A stretch of DNA of 64,000 bases from Eledone cirrhosa (Eukaryota). The notes under the pieces were generated by a model. It saw only the letters and a program-made list of their open reading frames with translations, made no database searches and was not told the DNA's origin. Of the stretch, positions 28,605 through 40,853 are shown in pieces (position 1 is the stretch's first letter; every line of letters begins with the position of its first letter). A program made the position numbers and the translations under genes. The DNA is taken from assembly GCA_964016885.1 (NCBI GenBank), contig OZ024748.1, forward strand, positions 20,274,001-20,338,000, given 5' to 3'.

Positions 28605-29630
28605 GGACACACAGTGACAGACACACAGTGACAGACACACAGACAGAGACACACAGTCACATAGTCACAGACACACATAGAGAGACAGAGACACTGACAC
28701 ACACAGTCACAGACACACATACAGAGACAGAGACACTGACACACACAGTGACAGACACACAGACAGAGACACACAGTCACATAGTCACAGACATAAATAC
28801 AGAGACAGAGACACTGACACACACAGTCACAGACACACAGACAGAGACACTGACACACACAGTCACAGACACACAGACAGAGACACTGACACACACAGTC
28901 ACAGACACAGAGACAGATACAGAGACAGAGACACACACAGTCACACAGTCACAGACACACAGACAGAGACAGAGACACACACAGACAGAGACACTGACAC
29001 ACACAGTGACAGACACACAGACAGAGACACACACAGTCACAGACACACAAACAGAGATAGAGACACACACAGTCACAGACAGAGACACTAACACAGTGAC
29101 AGACACACATACAGAGACAGAGACACTGACACACACAGTGACAGACACACATACAGAGACACTGACACACACAGTGACAGTCACACATACAGAGACAGAG
29201 ACACAAACACACACAGTCACACAGTCAGAGACACACATAGAGACAGAGAGACACTGACACACACATACAGACAAATACACTGACACATACACACACCTAG
29301 ACAGACACACACATACATAGTCACAGACACACATACACACACCTAGAGAGACAAACAGATACAGTCACAGACACACACACACATCTAGACAAACACACAC
29401 ATACATACAGTCACAGACACACACACGCATATATTCACAGACACACATACACAAACACATATAGTCACAGACACACATACACACACACATGGTCACAGAC
29501 ACACATCTAGATAGACATACACATACATACACACAGTCACAGACACATACTTATACAGAGACACACACATATACATTCACAGACACACATACACACACCT
29601 CCATAGACATACAGAGACACAGATACAAAG
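28605..29630. repeat. Degenerate (CA)/(GACA) compound microsatellite
   Basis: Direct inspection. Confidence 0.9.
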
Positions 29631-29854
29631 TGATGTTGAGTTCACCACATCACAACTATTATCAATGTATGTCAGGTTTAAAATCATCATCATCATTAAA
29701 CATCACCATTTTGCATCTGTTTTCCATGCTGACATGGCATGGGTTGGATAGGCTGGTCATGGCTTAAAACTAGACTGATGCGTGTACCAGGTTTTGTTCA
29801 TATTTCAATTTTTGGCATGATTTCCATGGTTGGATGCATTTCCTAATGCCAACA

Positions 29855-32270
29855 ACTTTACAGAGTGCACTGGGTACATTTTATCATGGCACCAACACTA
29901 CCACTTTACAGAATGTACTGGATACATTTTATCATGGCACCAACACTACCACTTTACAGAGTGTACTAGGTACATTTTATCATGGCACCAACACTACCAC
30001 TTTACAGAGTGTACTGGATACATTTTATCATGGCACCAACACTGCCACTTTACAGAGTGCACTGGGTACATTTTATCATGGCACCAACACTACCACTTTA
30101 CAGAGTGTACTAGGTACATTTTATCATGGCACCAACACTACCACTTTACAGAATGTACCAAGTGTATTTTATCATGGCACCAACACTACCACTTTACAGA
30201 GTGTACTGGATACATTTTATCATGGCACCAACACTACCACTTTACAGAGTGTACTGGATACATTTTATCATGGCACCAACACTACCACTTTACAGAGCGT
30301 ACTAGGTACATTTTATCATGGCACCAACACTACCACTTTACAGAGTGTACTAGGTACATTTTATCATGGCACCAACACTACCACTTTACAGAGTGTACTA
30401 GGTACATTTTATCATGGCACCAACACTACCACTTTACAGAATGTACCAAGTGTATTTTATCTTGGCACCAACACTACCACTTTACAGAGTGTACTGGATA
30501 CATTTTATCATGGCACCAACACTACCACTTTACAGAGTGTACTGGATACATTTTATCATGGCACCAACACTACCACTTTACAGAGTGTACTAGGTACATT
30601 TTATCATGGCACCAACACTACCACTTTACAGAGTGTACTAGGTACAATTTATCATGGCACCAACACTACCACTTTACAGAATGTACTGGGTACATTTTAT
30701 CATGGCACCAACACTACCACTTTACAGAATGTACTGGATACATTTTATCATGGCACCAACACTACCACTTTACAGAGTGTACTGGATACATTTTATCATG
30801 GCACCAACACTACCACTTTACAGAGTGTACTAGGTACATTTTATCATGGCACCAACACTACCACTTTACAGAGTGTACTAGGTACATTTTATCATGGCAC
30901 CAACACTACCACTTTACAGAGTGTACTAGGTACATTTTATCATGGCACCAACACTACCACTTTACAGAATGTACTAGGTACATTTTATCATGGCACCAAC
31001 ACTACCACTTTACAGAATATACTGGATACATTTTATCATGGCACCAACACTACCACTTTACAGAATGTACTGGATACATTTTATCATGGCACCAACACTA
31101 CCACTTTACAGAATATACTGGATACATTTTATCATGGCACCAACACTACCACTTTACAGAATGTACTAGGTACAGATTATCATGGCACCAACACTACCAC
31201 TTTACAGAGTGTACTGGATACATTTTATCATGGGACCAACACTACCACTTTACAGAGTGTACTAGGTACATTTTATCATGGCACCAACACTACCACTTTA
31301 CAGAGTGTACTGGATACATTTTATCATGGGACCAACACTACCACTTTACAGAGTGTACTAGGTACATTTTATCATGGCACCAACACTACCACTTTACAGA
31401 GTGTACTGGATACATTTTATCATGGGACCAACACTACCACTTTACAGAGTGTACTAGGTACATTTTATCATGGCACCAACACTACCACTTTACAGAGTGT
31501 ACTGGATACATTTTATCATGGGACCAACACTACCACTTTACAGAGTGTACTAGGTACATTTTATCATGGCACCAACACTACCACTTTACAGAGTGTACTG
31601 GATACATTTTATCATGGCACCAACACTACCACTTTACAGAGTGTACTGGATACATTTTATCATGGCACCAACACTACCACTTTACAGAGCATACCAAGTG
31701 CATTTTAACATGGCACTAACACTACCTACAGTCTAAAGTCTGTCTTAAGCCAGAAGGCTCGTTAGCCTGGTGCTTATCCCGGCTTCATGGTGTGAAGCAA
31801 CTGAGAGTGCAAAACTTCCCCCTGGACAGGATGCCAATCCATCACAGGGTTAAGCCCCCAGCTATTGCTGGTACTAATTTTCAGCTGAGTATACTGGAGC
31901 AATGTGAAATAAAGTGTTTTGCTCAAGAACACAACATGCAACCCAGCCCAGGAATCGAACCCATAACATTATGATTGTAAGTCCAACACCCTTACCACTA
32001 AGCCATTTTACAGAGTGTACTGGGTACATTTTATCATGGGACCAATACTACCACTTTGCACAATGTACTGGTTGCATTTTATCATGGTACCAAGACTACG
32101 ACTTTACAGAGTGTACTGGGTACATTTTATCATGGCATCAATACTACCACTTTACACAATGTACTGGTTGCATTTTATCATGGTACCAAGACTACGACAT
32201 TACAGAGTGTACTGGGTACATTCTTTCATACCACTAACACAACCACTTTACAGAGAATACTGGATGTATC
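29855..32270. repeat. 48-bp satellite: about 39 copies to 31725, resuming after a SINE at 32005
   Basis: Unit CCACTTTACAGAGTGTACTGGATACATTTTATCATGGCACCAACACTA. Confidence 0.95.
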
Positions 32271-32693
32271 ATGATGGATTCTAAATCAGTTATGATGAGC
32301 ATTCAGTCATTCAATCAACTGACATCCAATTAGTGAATTAATATGTAAATGGCGGAGTATTCCACAGACACGTGTACCCTTAAGTAATTCTCAGGGAGAT
32401 TCAGCATGATACCCTTGAAATAGACATCCAATCCCTCCAGGGGGGCTTCCACAGTCTCAGTGTTGGTTGTTTTAGTTTCTGAACCTAGTTTGATTCTGAG
32501 TTCTGTATCTAAGTTTAGATGTTAATATAATATGGTATAGTATAGTGTACTATAGTATATACAGTATAGTACAGTGTATGTGTAGTATAATATAGTGTAG
32601 TGTGGTGTGATGTGGTGTGGTGTGGTGTGGTGTACTATAGTATAGTAAAGTGTAGTTTAATATATAGTGTAGTGAAATATTGTGTAATACAGT

Positions 32694-33361
32694 GTCTTGG
32701 TTGTCCATCGTAAATGATGATGACATCTTCTTTATTGTTGTTCCCGTCTGCCGTGGGCACGAAGGTGGCCGATCCTTGACTTGCAGGTCCGGGACAGTGG
32801 AGGCCGATCCTTGACTTGCAGGTCCGGGACAGTGGAGGCCGATCCTTGACTTGCAGGTCCGGGACAGTGGGGGCAGGAGAAGAGACTGGAGTCAGACTGG
32901 CAACTCCCAGAGGTTACCTCCACTTCTCGCCCATCCCTACAGGGCTTGGGAGTGCACGCTAAAGAACAAACCTGTGCGGGAAAGGTTTATAGTGGGAGGG
33001 CCAGTGCACAGTGACGGTCCCACTCACTCGGCCGCAGAAGCCAGAATCCGGTGGTACGGAGGACCGTCACGACCAGGGACTTCCTTGGCTGCAGTGGATG
33101 GCCACGACGTCTGTAGTGCCTTGCCGTGCCCTAGCGCTCCACACCGCTTGCTGTCGCTGCCTTTGTGACCGCTGGGACGATGTTGTCCTCCTCCACTCAC
33201 TCCGCCGGGTCCAGTCTTAGCATGCAGGGGCAGGCATCCTCTATCTAACTCACCGGGGGGTTTCAGACCCATCCGGCTACCCTCAACCTGGTCTGGCCCG
33301 CCAGCCAAGGCGGTTTACCAGGGTGTGGCCGCTGTCGCATGCTACAGCTTCTTGGGGCCAC
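32694..33361 (-). mobile_element. Internally deleted non-autonomous RTE(-BovB-type) element
   Basis: GC-rich 5' UTR-like part fused to the C-terminal FSCPHC...CKSRIG...HLRAH zinc knuckle and a ...CATCAT...CGATGGAC end. Contains a 35-bp triplication at 32768-32870. Confidence 0.65.
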
Positions 33362-34473
33362 ATTTAAATATTATAGTATATTGTGGTGTAGTGCATTATT
33401 TCTATAGCATTGATAGTATAGTTTAGTGTGGTATAGTATATATAATGAATAAGACACACTATGTATGTTGTTCAGGGCATTTATATATCGTAGTTGACAG
33501 TAGTCTGTACTATAGAAGCAATAGAGGGGAGGCATGTTATACACACATATATATATATATATATAAATGTGGTTGGTGTTAGGAAGGGTATCCAGCCATA
33601 GAAATGTGGCCCCAATACAGTGTAGCATAGGGTTTTATAGTATAGAATAGTGTAGTGTAGTATAGTATAATGTAGTGTAGTGTGGTGTGCTATAGCATTG
33701 TGTAGTGTAATATTGTCTAATACAGTGTAGCATAGAATTGTATAGTATAGTGTAGCGTAGTATAGTGATGTGTAATATAGTGTAGTGGTGTGAAATATAG
33801 TGTTGTGTAGTGGAGTATAGTGTAGTATATTGTGGTATAGTGCATTATTTCTATAGCATTGATAGTATAGTTTAGTGTGGTATAGTATATATATTGAATA
33901 AGACACACTATGTATGTTGTTGGGGGCATTTATATATCGTAGTTGACAGTAGCCTGTACTATAGAAGCAATAGAGGGGAGGCAAGTTACACACACATATA
34001 TATATATATATATAAATGTAGTTGGTGTTAGGAAGGGCATCCAGCCATAGAAAACCTGCCAGAATCAGTTCTGTACGAGCAAAACACGATCAGCCGATCA
34101 ATCTTCCGCCAAGTGGGACAAACCAGTCCAACCCATGCTAGCGTGGACGATGGACGTTAAATGATGATGGTGATGATATACATATTTATTATTTTATTAT
34201 TTGCTATTCATCCTTACGGGGTCGATAAAGTACCAGTAATGTACTGAGTAATTGCTGGCCTTGTGCCAAAAGTAGAAACAATTACTATTATTATTATTAG
34301 CATAAAGCACCAGTAATACACTGGGTTAATTGTGGCCTTGTGCCAAAAGTAGAAACAATTATTATTAGCATAGATTAAAAGTGTAAGCAAACAATAGGGT
34401 GGAAGCAAAAATTGTTTGCTTAAGCTTTTAATCTGAGGTAATAATAAACATTTGCACTACGGGTTTATATATA

Positions 34474-34528
<55 letters not shown>

Positions 34529-34707
34529 CGAAGGAGTTGTGGTAAGGAACCAGATGTACTATAACGCACCAGAGTACTCAATATTTAGGGTAGTAGAGTG
34601 GTTAATAGGAAAATGTTTGACCCCGACGACAGAGCTCAAGCTGTTTCGACGGCTATTTCTGGAATAGCCGTCGAAACGTCACTCCCGTCGTGGGTCACAC
34701 ATTTTCC

Positions 34708-34739
<32 letters not shown>

Positions 34740-35168
34740 CAAAGGCGGTGTCCCGGCATGGCCTCAGTCGGATGGCTGGAACAGGGAAAAGAGTATATAT
34801 ATATATATATATATACGTATATATTGCTTCTCGCATTGATGCCTATATGGGAGGCATCGATACCAAGTAAATGATAAATAGTCAGAAGAGGAGCATCACT
34901 TTGGTACGAGTCTAATTACCCTAACTGGGTACCAAATGACCATACTTAAGATATTATTATCTACACGTGTCGTAGTATATAACAGTAGTCTTCGTGAAGT
35001 AAATAAACGTAACATGTGTTGACTGTCGGCTTATGGTAAATATTATTATCATATAGACGACACATCATCAACAACAACAGGGTCGAACAAATTTGTTGTT
35101 TTACTGCAGAGAGAAGGAAACCATGTTGGAGCAAAATGAGGAAAGATAGAGTTGATAAGCCCACTCAC

Positions 35169-35272
35169 TTGGCATAGTAGACTTTTCCTTCAAAAGTCAC
35201 CCTTTCCTCCCATCCTGGGGGCAATTCGTCCTCGCTGTCTGTATCAACGATGCTTTCAAAGGTAGTCGCCAT
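35169..35272 (-). CDS. WWOX: WW domain-containing oxidoreductase, coding exon 1
   Basis: Translates [34 protein letters not shown](N), matching the WWOX N-terminus ([16 protein letters not shown]...VYYAN). 104 nt, ends in phase 2 at donor GTGAGT, the same intron position as in vertebrate WWOX. Confidence 0.96.
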
Positions 35273-36030
35273 TGTTTATTTTTCAATAGCATAAGGCATT
35301 TAAGTTAGATAACTCTAAACATACCACTGACTTAATCAGCTGCTGTATTTGGGTGTATCTCTCTCTCTCGATATATTTATATTTATATATATATATATAT
35401 GGTGGCTGCCAACTCGTTTTCGAGTACGGCCACTACTTCATATCCATGTAGGAGAACCCCTACTGATGCGCTGAACGAGTGTGACTTTTTAGTCCAGCCA
35501 GCGACTTGAAAACTCTGGTACAAACACTACACTTGTGACAATTACTGACACATAGTGCTGGGCCCATGGTACCATGTGACGACAAGTGCAGAGAGATCTC
35601 CAGATATAAAGCAATGCCTGTGCCGTGAAGCTTTTATAGTGAGCAAAGGCACTGCACAAAGCCAGTCCCACTCTCTTAACCAAGATGATATTTACCAAAA
35701 AGAAGAACAAGTCAACATCATTGGATACCATCAGGGTTGCAGGTGTTATATCAGAGTTTTCCTTCTCCTAGAATTCTGCCTTGACAAAGGCTAAGGGGTC
35801 ATCTCTCCCGGTGATTTTGGATGGCCATTGACTCTTAAGAGCTCCTTTGCCCTTTGACAGGTTTTGTTTTTAGTCCTGCAGGATGTCCAAAGTCACCCTC
35901 CTCACCAAGAAACCTTGGTGGGGTTGCCAGTTTAGTCGCCAACGACCCGACCATGAGACAGGTTGTACTGGGATACATGTTACCAGTAGCACCAACTGGT
36001 GACCTGACATACAAGGTTGAGACGCTTTCG

Positions 36031-36068
<38 letters not shown>

Positions 36069-36965
36069 TTCTCATATATATGTATGCACGCGTATATATA
36101 TTGTGGCGACTAATGGCTAAACAATAACTAGGGGGAAAATTGTATAAGATCTTAGCCGTGCGGGCATTCTTTCAAATTGACATGTTTTTAACGTAACACC
36201 GGCTGGATTCACTTTCTTACTTGGTTCGTTGTGCCGGTCTATTTAGGACTAATGTTTATATATTCTCTGTCTCTTCCATTTTCTGTGTATAATTTTTCTT
36301 CTAGTCTAATATGTTGGGCTTTGTTTCCATCTCTTCTTTTCTGTTGCAGCACATTAATTGGTGTGTAGTATATTTTATTTTATTTGTAAATAGTCGTAAG
36401 AACTATCGCCCTATCTATTTGTTATTGTTCTATGTACACTGGAGATAACGGTATCGACCTTAATGAGCCGAAACCACAAGCACCTCCATTTGTATCGTTC
36501 TGTTACAGCTGGATATATATATATATATATCTTACTTCTCTCTAATCATTGAACTAGGAAATAAATACTGAACTTTGTTAGCGAAGCAAACCATCGCAAT
36601 CAGAGTTATGTACCTTGTATTTAAACAGCGTATAATACACGGTGTTTCAAATATTAACCCTTTTAATAGCAACCCTATTGATACCGTCCGTAGTTCTCTT
36701 TTACAAAACTGTTTATTAGAAAGTGTTTATATTTACCTAAAAAAATCTTCTAGCATCATTTTATATAAGAAACTTAGTTAATCTATGTTTTAAACTCCAG
36801 TTTAATAATCTATAAGTTATTTTACCAAATCCTTCCAAATTCGCGATTATTTTTTTTTTAATAATATGAAAATCATAGATAGTGAAATATGGTAATGAAA
36901 GCGTTAATGGCACCCTTTTTGTAAGGTCAAAGCTCCTCTAAATTTCTTTTCCTTTTTCTTTTTAG
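35273..36965. promoter_or_regulatory. Divergent promoter interval between WWOX and the CYREN-like gene
   Basis: The two ATGs (35272 minus, 37190 plus) face away from each other about 1.9 kb apart, with locally raised CpG. TSSs cannot be determined from sequence. Confidence 0.55.
36654..36907. mobile_element. Second TTAA-flanked MITE family
   Basis: TTAACCCTTT...GGTAATGAAAGCGTTAA ends. The same terminus forms the satellite at 20545-21255. Confidence 0.6.
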
Positions 36966-37189
36966 GGATAATACCAGGGGCACAGTAACCCCTCCTCTTC
37001 TCAGAATTGGAATACAATATCTATCTTCAATCTACTCCAAGATTTGATGGATCACCACCCTAGCCTCTGTGAATTGTTTTCACAAAATCAGCACCAAGAT
37101 GAAAAGAATTAACCACAGTTCCCCATCCTCTTTTGCTTAAAGAGATTCTCCTCAACGTGATTTCTTAACTAGTCCTGTCTTGTAACATT

Positions 37190-37362
37190 ATGGCAGCAAG
37201 ATCAGGGAGAAAACGAAACCTTCCAAAGTGGATGTTGTCTTTGGTCAGCTCTGATACTCAAACACTTATTAAAGACTGTGGCAAGAATCAGGTTGATGCT
37301 TCAGAAAATTTGGTCTGTTGTGATGCCGACTCATCAGATGATGACAAAGAAGAACCTTCTAA
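37190..37362 (+). CDS. CYREN: CYREN/MRI-like NHEJ regulator, first coding exon (Ku-binding motif)
   Basis: MAARSGRKRNLPKWML carries the R-x-x-P-x-W Ku-binding motif (human RVLPSWL). 173 nt, phase-2 donor GTATTG. An upstream acceptor at 36964-36965 suggests the exon begins at 36966. Confidence 0.8.
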
Positions 37363-38557
37363 GTATTGGCTTTATTTTTTATGTTTTATTCTTATTGACA
37401 GAATCGTTGGACAAAATGCTTTGTTGCATTTAGTTACAGCCCTTTATGTTCTTTGTGTTCAAATCCTTTTTCTTTTTAGGGATCATACCAGGGGCACAGT
37501 AACCCCTCCTCTTCTCAGAATTGGAATACAATATCTATCTTCAATCTACTCCAAGATTTGATGGATCTTTACCTTTCCTCCTTCTAGGGTCAATAAAATA
37601 AAGTATCAGTAATTTACTGGGGTGAATATAATCGACTTTCCCCTCCCTCAAATTGCTGGCCTCGTGCCTAAATTAGAATTTTTTTTTTTTTCTTAAATAA
37701 TTTATACTGAATATGTGCATTCAGAATTTTTGTGAAACAAATTAGCATGTATTTACTGCTGGTTCCTTCATAAAATGCACTCAGTAGAGCATGAGAACAT
37801 ATGTAAGTGAGGTGCAGGCCCTTAGTCCACATTAGAGGTCAGTAGAAATGCTTGAGTATGGATTTGGTTTATGTCAATCCCTCTAACCTCACTAATATGG
37901 AAAACGGATGTTAAACAATGATGGTGTGATGACTATTAGGACAGATCCAGTTATCAGCTGACAGGGTGGGAATTGTTTCTCTGTCAGGTGACTATAGCAA
38001 AAGGGGTTGTGTTGTGTACAAGGTTGAAAGGACTAAGAACTGACACTTTCCTCTTTGGTCAAGGTTTCATCAGCTTTTTCAAGTTCCACTTGAAAAGAAT
38101 AATGAAAGTGGAAAGGGAGGTGCTCTCATCCAGTGAATTTTATAAAAGGTGGGTGACAATGGCGAAAATGGCAACCATGAATTATTTGACAGTATTGGAA
38201 GAACATTGGACACTATGCTTGCTTTGCCTTTCATCCTTAGGGGCTCGATAAATAAAGCACCAGTAATGCACTGGGGTTGATTTAATTGACACCCCCCTCC
38301 CCAAATTGCTGGCCTTGTGCCTAAAGTAGAAACAATTATTATGATGATCATCATCATCATTATTATTTATATATCTAAACAGAATGTGTTATCCTTATCA
38401 AAAGTTTATGATATCTTCCTTAATTATCGACAACAATAATTAAGGAAGAAGTAAATTAGAAATATTCCCTTCCCTCTTTTTTTATTTATTTTCTGGTATA
38501 AAAAATATGAAAATGTTCAATATACTCTTTTGCTAAAAGTGTGTAAAGTTTGTTTAA

Positions 38558-38776
38558 CCCTTTAGCATTTACATTACTCCATATTTACTATTGTATTTTC
38601 ACGGTAAACACTTTATTTCACATAATTATCTCACATATCGAATCTACAAGATATTGATATTATTCATTTTGAGAACAATGCCTTAACATCAGTATGAGAG
38701 GCTGGGAAACAGCCGGTTTGAACCAAAAGAGGTGAGAAAATCCTGGCCGGATTTGGCCGGTTTACATGCTAAAGGG
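38558..38776. mobile_element. piggyBac-type MITE (copies at about 19985-20265, 45730-45951, 52730-52944, 56951-57175)
   Basis: TTAA TSDs (38554-38557, 38777-38780) and CCCTTTAGCAT TIRs. Confidence 0.85.
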
Positions 38777-38927
38777 TTAAATAGTAAACTGGATTATACA
38801 CCCATACCTAAATGTTTCAATGTATTAAAAAATAAATCACTTTGCTATGCTCTGTCTTATTGCTTGAATTTTGAAATAATGATTCTTAGTAGCAATAATT
38901 ATCATCAGTTTATGATATTTTCAACAG

Positions 38928-39006
38928 AATTATTCAAGCCAATACCGTAATGTATATGATGAGCGAACGAGAGCTACTGCATGTTGCAAGAGAGAGACTT
39001 CACCAG
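38928..39006 (+). CDS. CYREN: CYREN/MRI-like, second coding exon (central MRI motif)
   Basis: TTTTCAACAG acceptor, GTAAGA donor, 79 nt in phase. Reads (K)IIQANTVMYMMSERELLHVARERLHQ, resembling human TVYCMNEAEIVDVALGIL. Confidence 0.82.
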
Positions 39007-39339
39007 GTAAGAATAAAGCTACCTGGCACATGGATTCTGCTATATCCAATCATCATCATCAACAACATCACCATTTTGTCCCTACTAGGATAAGTTGGAT
39101 ACTTCTAATAGCATCTCACCATACTTTGTAGTCCTTTCACTATCAGTCATACGTTGTTTGAATTGATTGACAAGGTCCTACACTTCATTTGTTTACTGAG
39201 TTAGGTGGAACTCGTCAAGCTGGCCCTAGAAAATAATGTTTCCATTAGTTTTTCCATTGCTGATACTATTTAGCAGGAGATAAAACTAGCTATCTTTGTT
39301 ATTGCAAATTTCTTATTTTTTCACATGCGTTATACAGGG

Positions 39340-39785
39340 TTTTATACTGGTATCATTACAAAAAGCACCCAGTCTGCTCTGTAATGTAGTCATACTGGTG
39401 CAACGACAAAAACACCTAGTCTACCCTGTAAGGTGGTAGTGCTGGCACCACAACAAAAAGCACCCAGTCCACCCTGTAAGGTGATTGTGCTAGTGCCACA
39501 ACAAAAAGCACCCAGTCCGCCCTGTAAGATGATTGTGCTAGGGCCACAACAAAAAGCACCCAATCCACCCTGTAAGGTGGTTATACTGGCAACACGACAT
39601 AAAGTATCTGATCTATCCTGTTAGGTGGTAGTGCTGGTGCCTTGACGAATAGTTCCTGGTTCACCTTGGGAAATGGTAGTGCTGGTGACATGACAAAAAG
39701 CACCCAGTCCACTCTATTAAGGTAATGCTGGTGCCATAGAAATAGCTCCCAGTCCCAGCTGCAAAGTGGTTGGCATTAGGAAGTT
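39340..39785. repeat. Diverged 48-bp array of the same module in reverse orientation
   Basis: AAAAGCACCCAGTCCACCCTGTAAGGTGG units ending in GGTTGGCATTAGGAAG. Confidence 0.8.
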
Positions 39786-39819
39786 ATTTCAATCAATGGA
39801 ACTAATTGCCTGGAAAATT

Positions 39820-40070
39820 GACATGTCAGTGACTGAGCATTTCCACAGACATAGGCACCCTTAACACTCTGAATCTCAGGGAGATTCAGAGTGACCAAAT
39901 ACGTGTCAAGGCTGGCTTCTTAAAATACAAGTTCAACCCATCTTTGACAGCTGAGTGGATTGGAGCAATGTGAAGTAAAATGTCTGGCTCAAAGACACAA
40001 CATGTCCAGTCCAAGAGTCGAACTCATGACCTTACAATTGTGAGCCCAGCACACTAACCACATCATGCAC
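39820..40070 (-). mobile_element. tRNA-CORE SINE, fourth body type (partial copy at about 32335-32425)
   Basis: B box GAGTTCGACTC, CORE-like segment, CTGAATCTCCCTGAGA...GTCTGTGGA body. Confidence 0.6.
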
Positions 40071-40111
40071 CAGCTGGTCATGTGATCAATCTCTATTTTA
40101 TTTTATTTCAG

Positions 40112-40744
40112 GAAAAGGAAGATTTTCCATCAGATGAAACCATTGTGACAAAACCTACTAAAATATGTTTCAGTAACAAAACAGTGGTCAATTTTGAATC
40201 TACCAGTTCTCGGAGGCAATTAAATTCTGACACTGTTGATGATACTGACTTTGGAAATAATGGTAATAATGGTAGTAATGTCAACAATAGAAGAACTGTT
40301 GTCTCAAGACACAAAATTAATAAGAATCTAAACATGAATATCAACAAGAAATCTAGAAAGTCCTCAGATTTTAATAAGAAAGAAACGAATGAATGTGAGA
40401 AAAGTAAAACATCAAAAATTAAACCATCACAGACTTTGGTAAACGTTAACCAATTCTCGAAAGATTCTGAAGCAGTTTCAAATGTATCAATGGGTCACAG
40501 CTGTGAGAGACTCACAAAAGTTTCACCTAAGATGTCAACTAATCTAGATAGTGTCACTAATCTAGATAGTAACACAGATAGGATGGCAACAAATACCAGT
40601 GTTAACATTAATAACAGACAGAGAACAAATAAAAATATTCCAAAGGATGAATCTGATTCCATTTTACCATTCACCACTCTTAAGTCCAAACAAATGACCC
40701 GTGAAAAACCTGATTTGTCAATTTTAGATGAAATATTTTCATAA
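40112..40744 (+). CDS. CYREN: CYREN/MRI-like, last coding exon (low-complexity linker plus C-terminal XLF-like motif)
   Basis: TTTTATTTCAG acceptor, phase 0, 210 codons then TAA. Ends DLSILDEIFS (human VLKYVREIFFS). AATAAA at 40848-40853. Confidence 0.8.
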   Translation, partial: EKEDFPSDETIVTKPTKICFSNKTVVNFESTSSRRQLNSDTVDDTDFGNNGNNGSNVNNRRTVVSRHKINKNLNMNINKKSRKSSDFNKKETNECEKSKTSKIKPSQTLVNVNQFSKDSEAVSNVSMGHSCERLTKVSPKMSTNLDSVTNLDSNTDRMATNTSVNINNRQRTNKNIPKDESDSILPFTTLKSKQMTREKPDLSILDEIFS

Positions 40745-40847
40745 TGAATTCAAAACCTGATTAAATTTTATTGATCTTATTTTTTTCTAGATTTTATTTA
40801 AATGTTTTCATCCATTTTTTTGCCTTTTCCCATACTTGTATGTGTTG

Positions 40848-40853
40848 AATAAA
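40848..40853 (+). terminator. Poly(A) signal of the CYREN-like gene
   Basis: AATAAA 103 nt after the stop codon, followed by a T-rich element. Confidence 0.6.

Noticed and set aside
29830-31719. 629-aa and 624-aa ORFs and a CRISPR-like regular array
   Set aside because: Pure 48-bp tandem repeat with no unique spacers and no cas genes, in a eukaryotic intron. The ORFs stay open only because the unit lacks stops and is a multiple of 3.
33375-34053. ~230-bp direct duplication (33375-33604 and 33824-34053) as possible LTRs
   Set aside because: No TG...CA ends, PBS or PPT; a local duplication within (TAGTG)n simple repeat.
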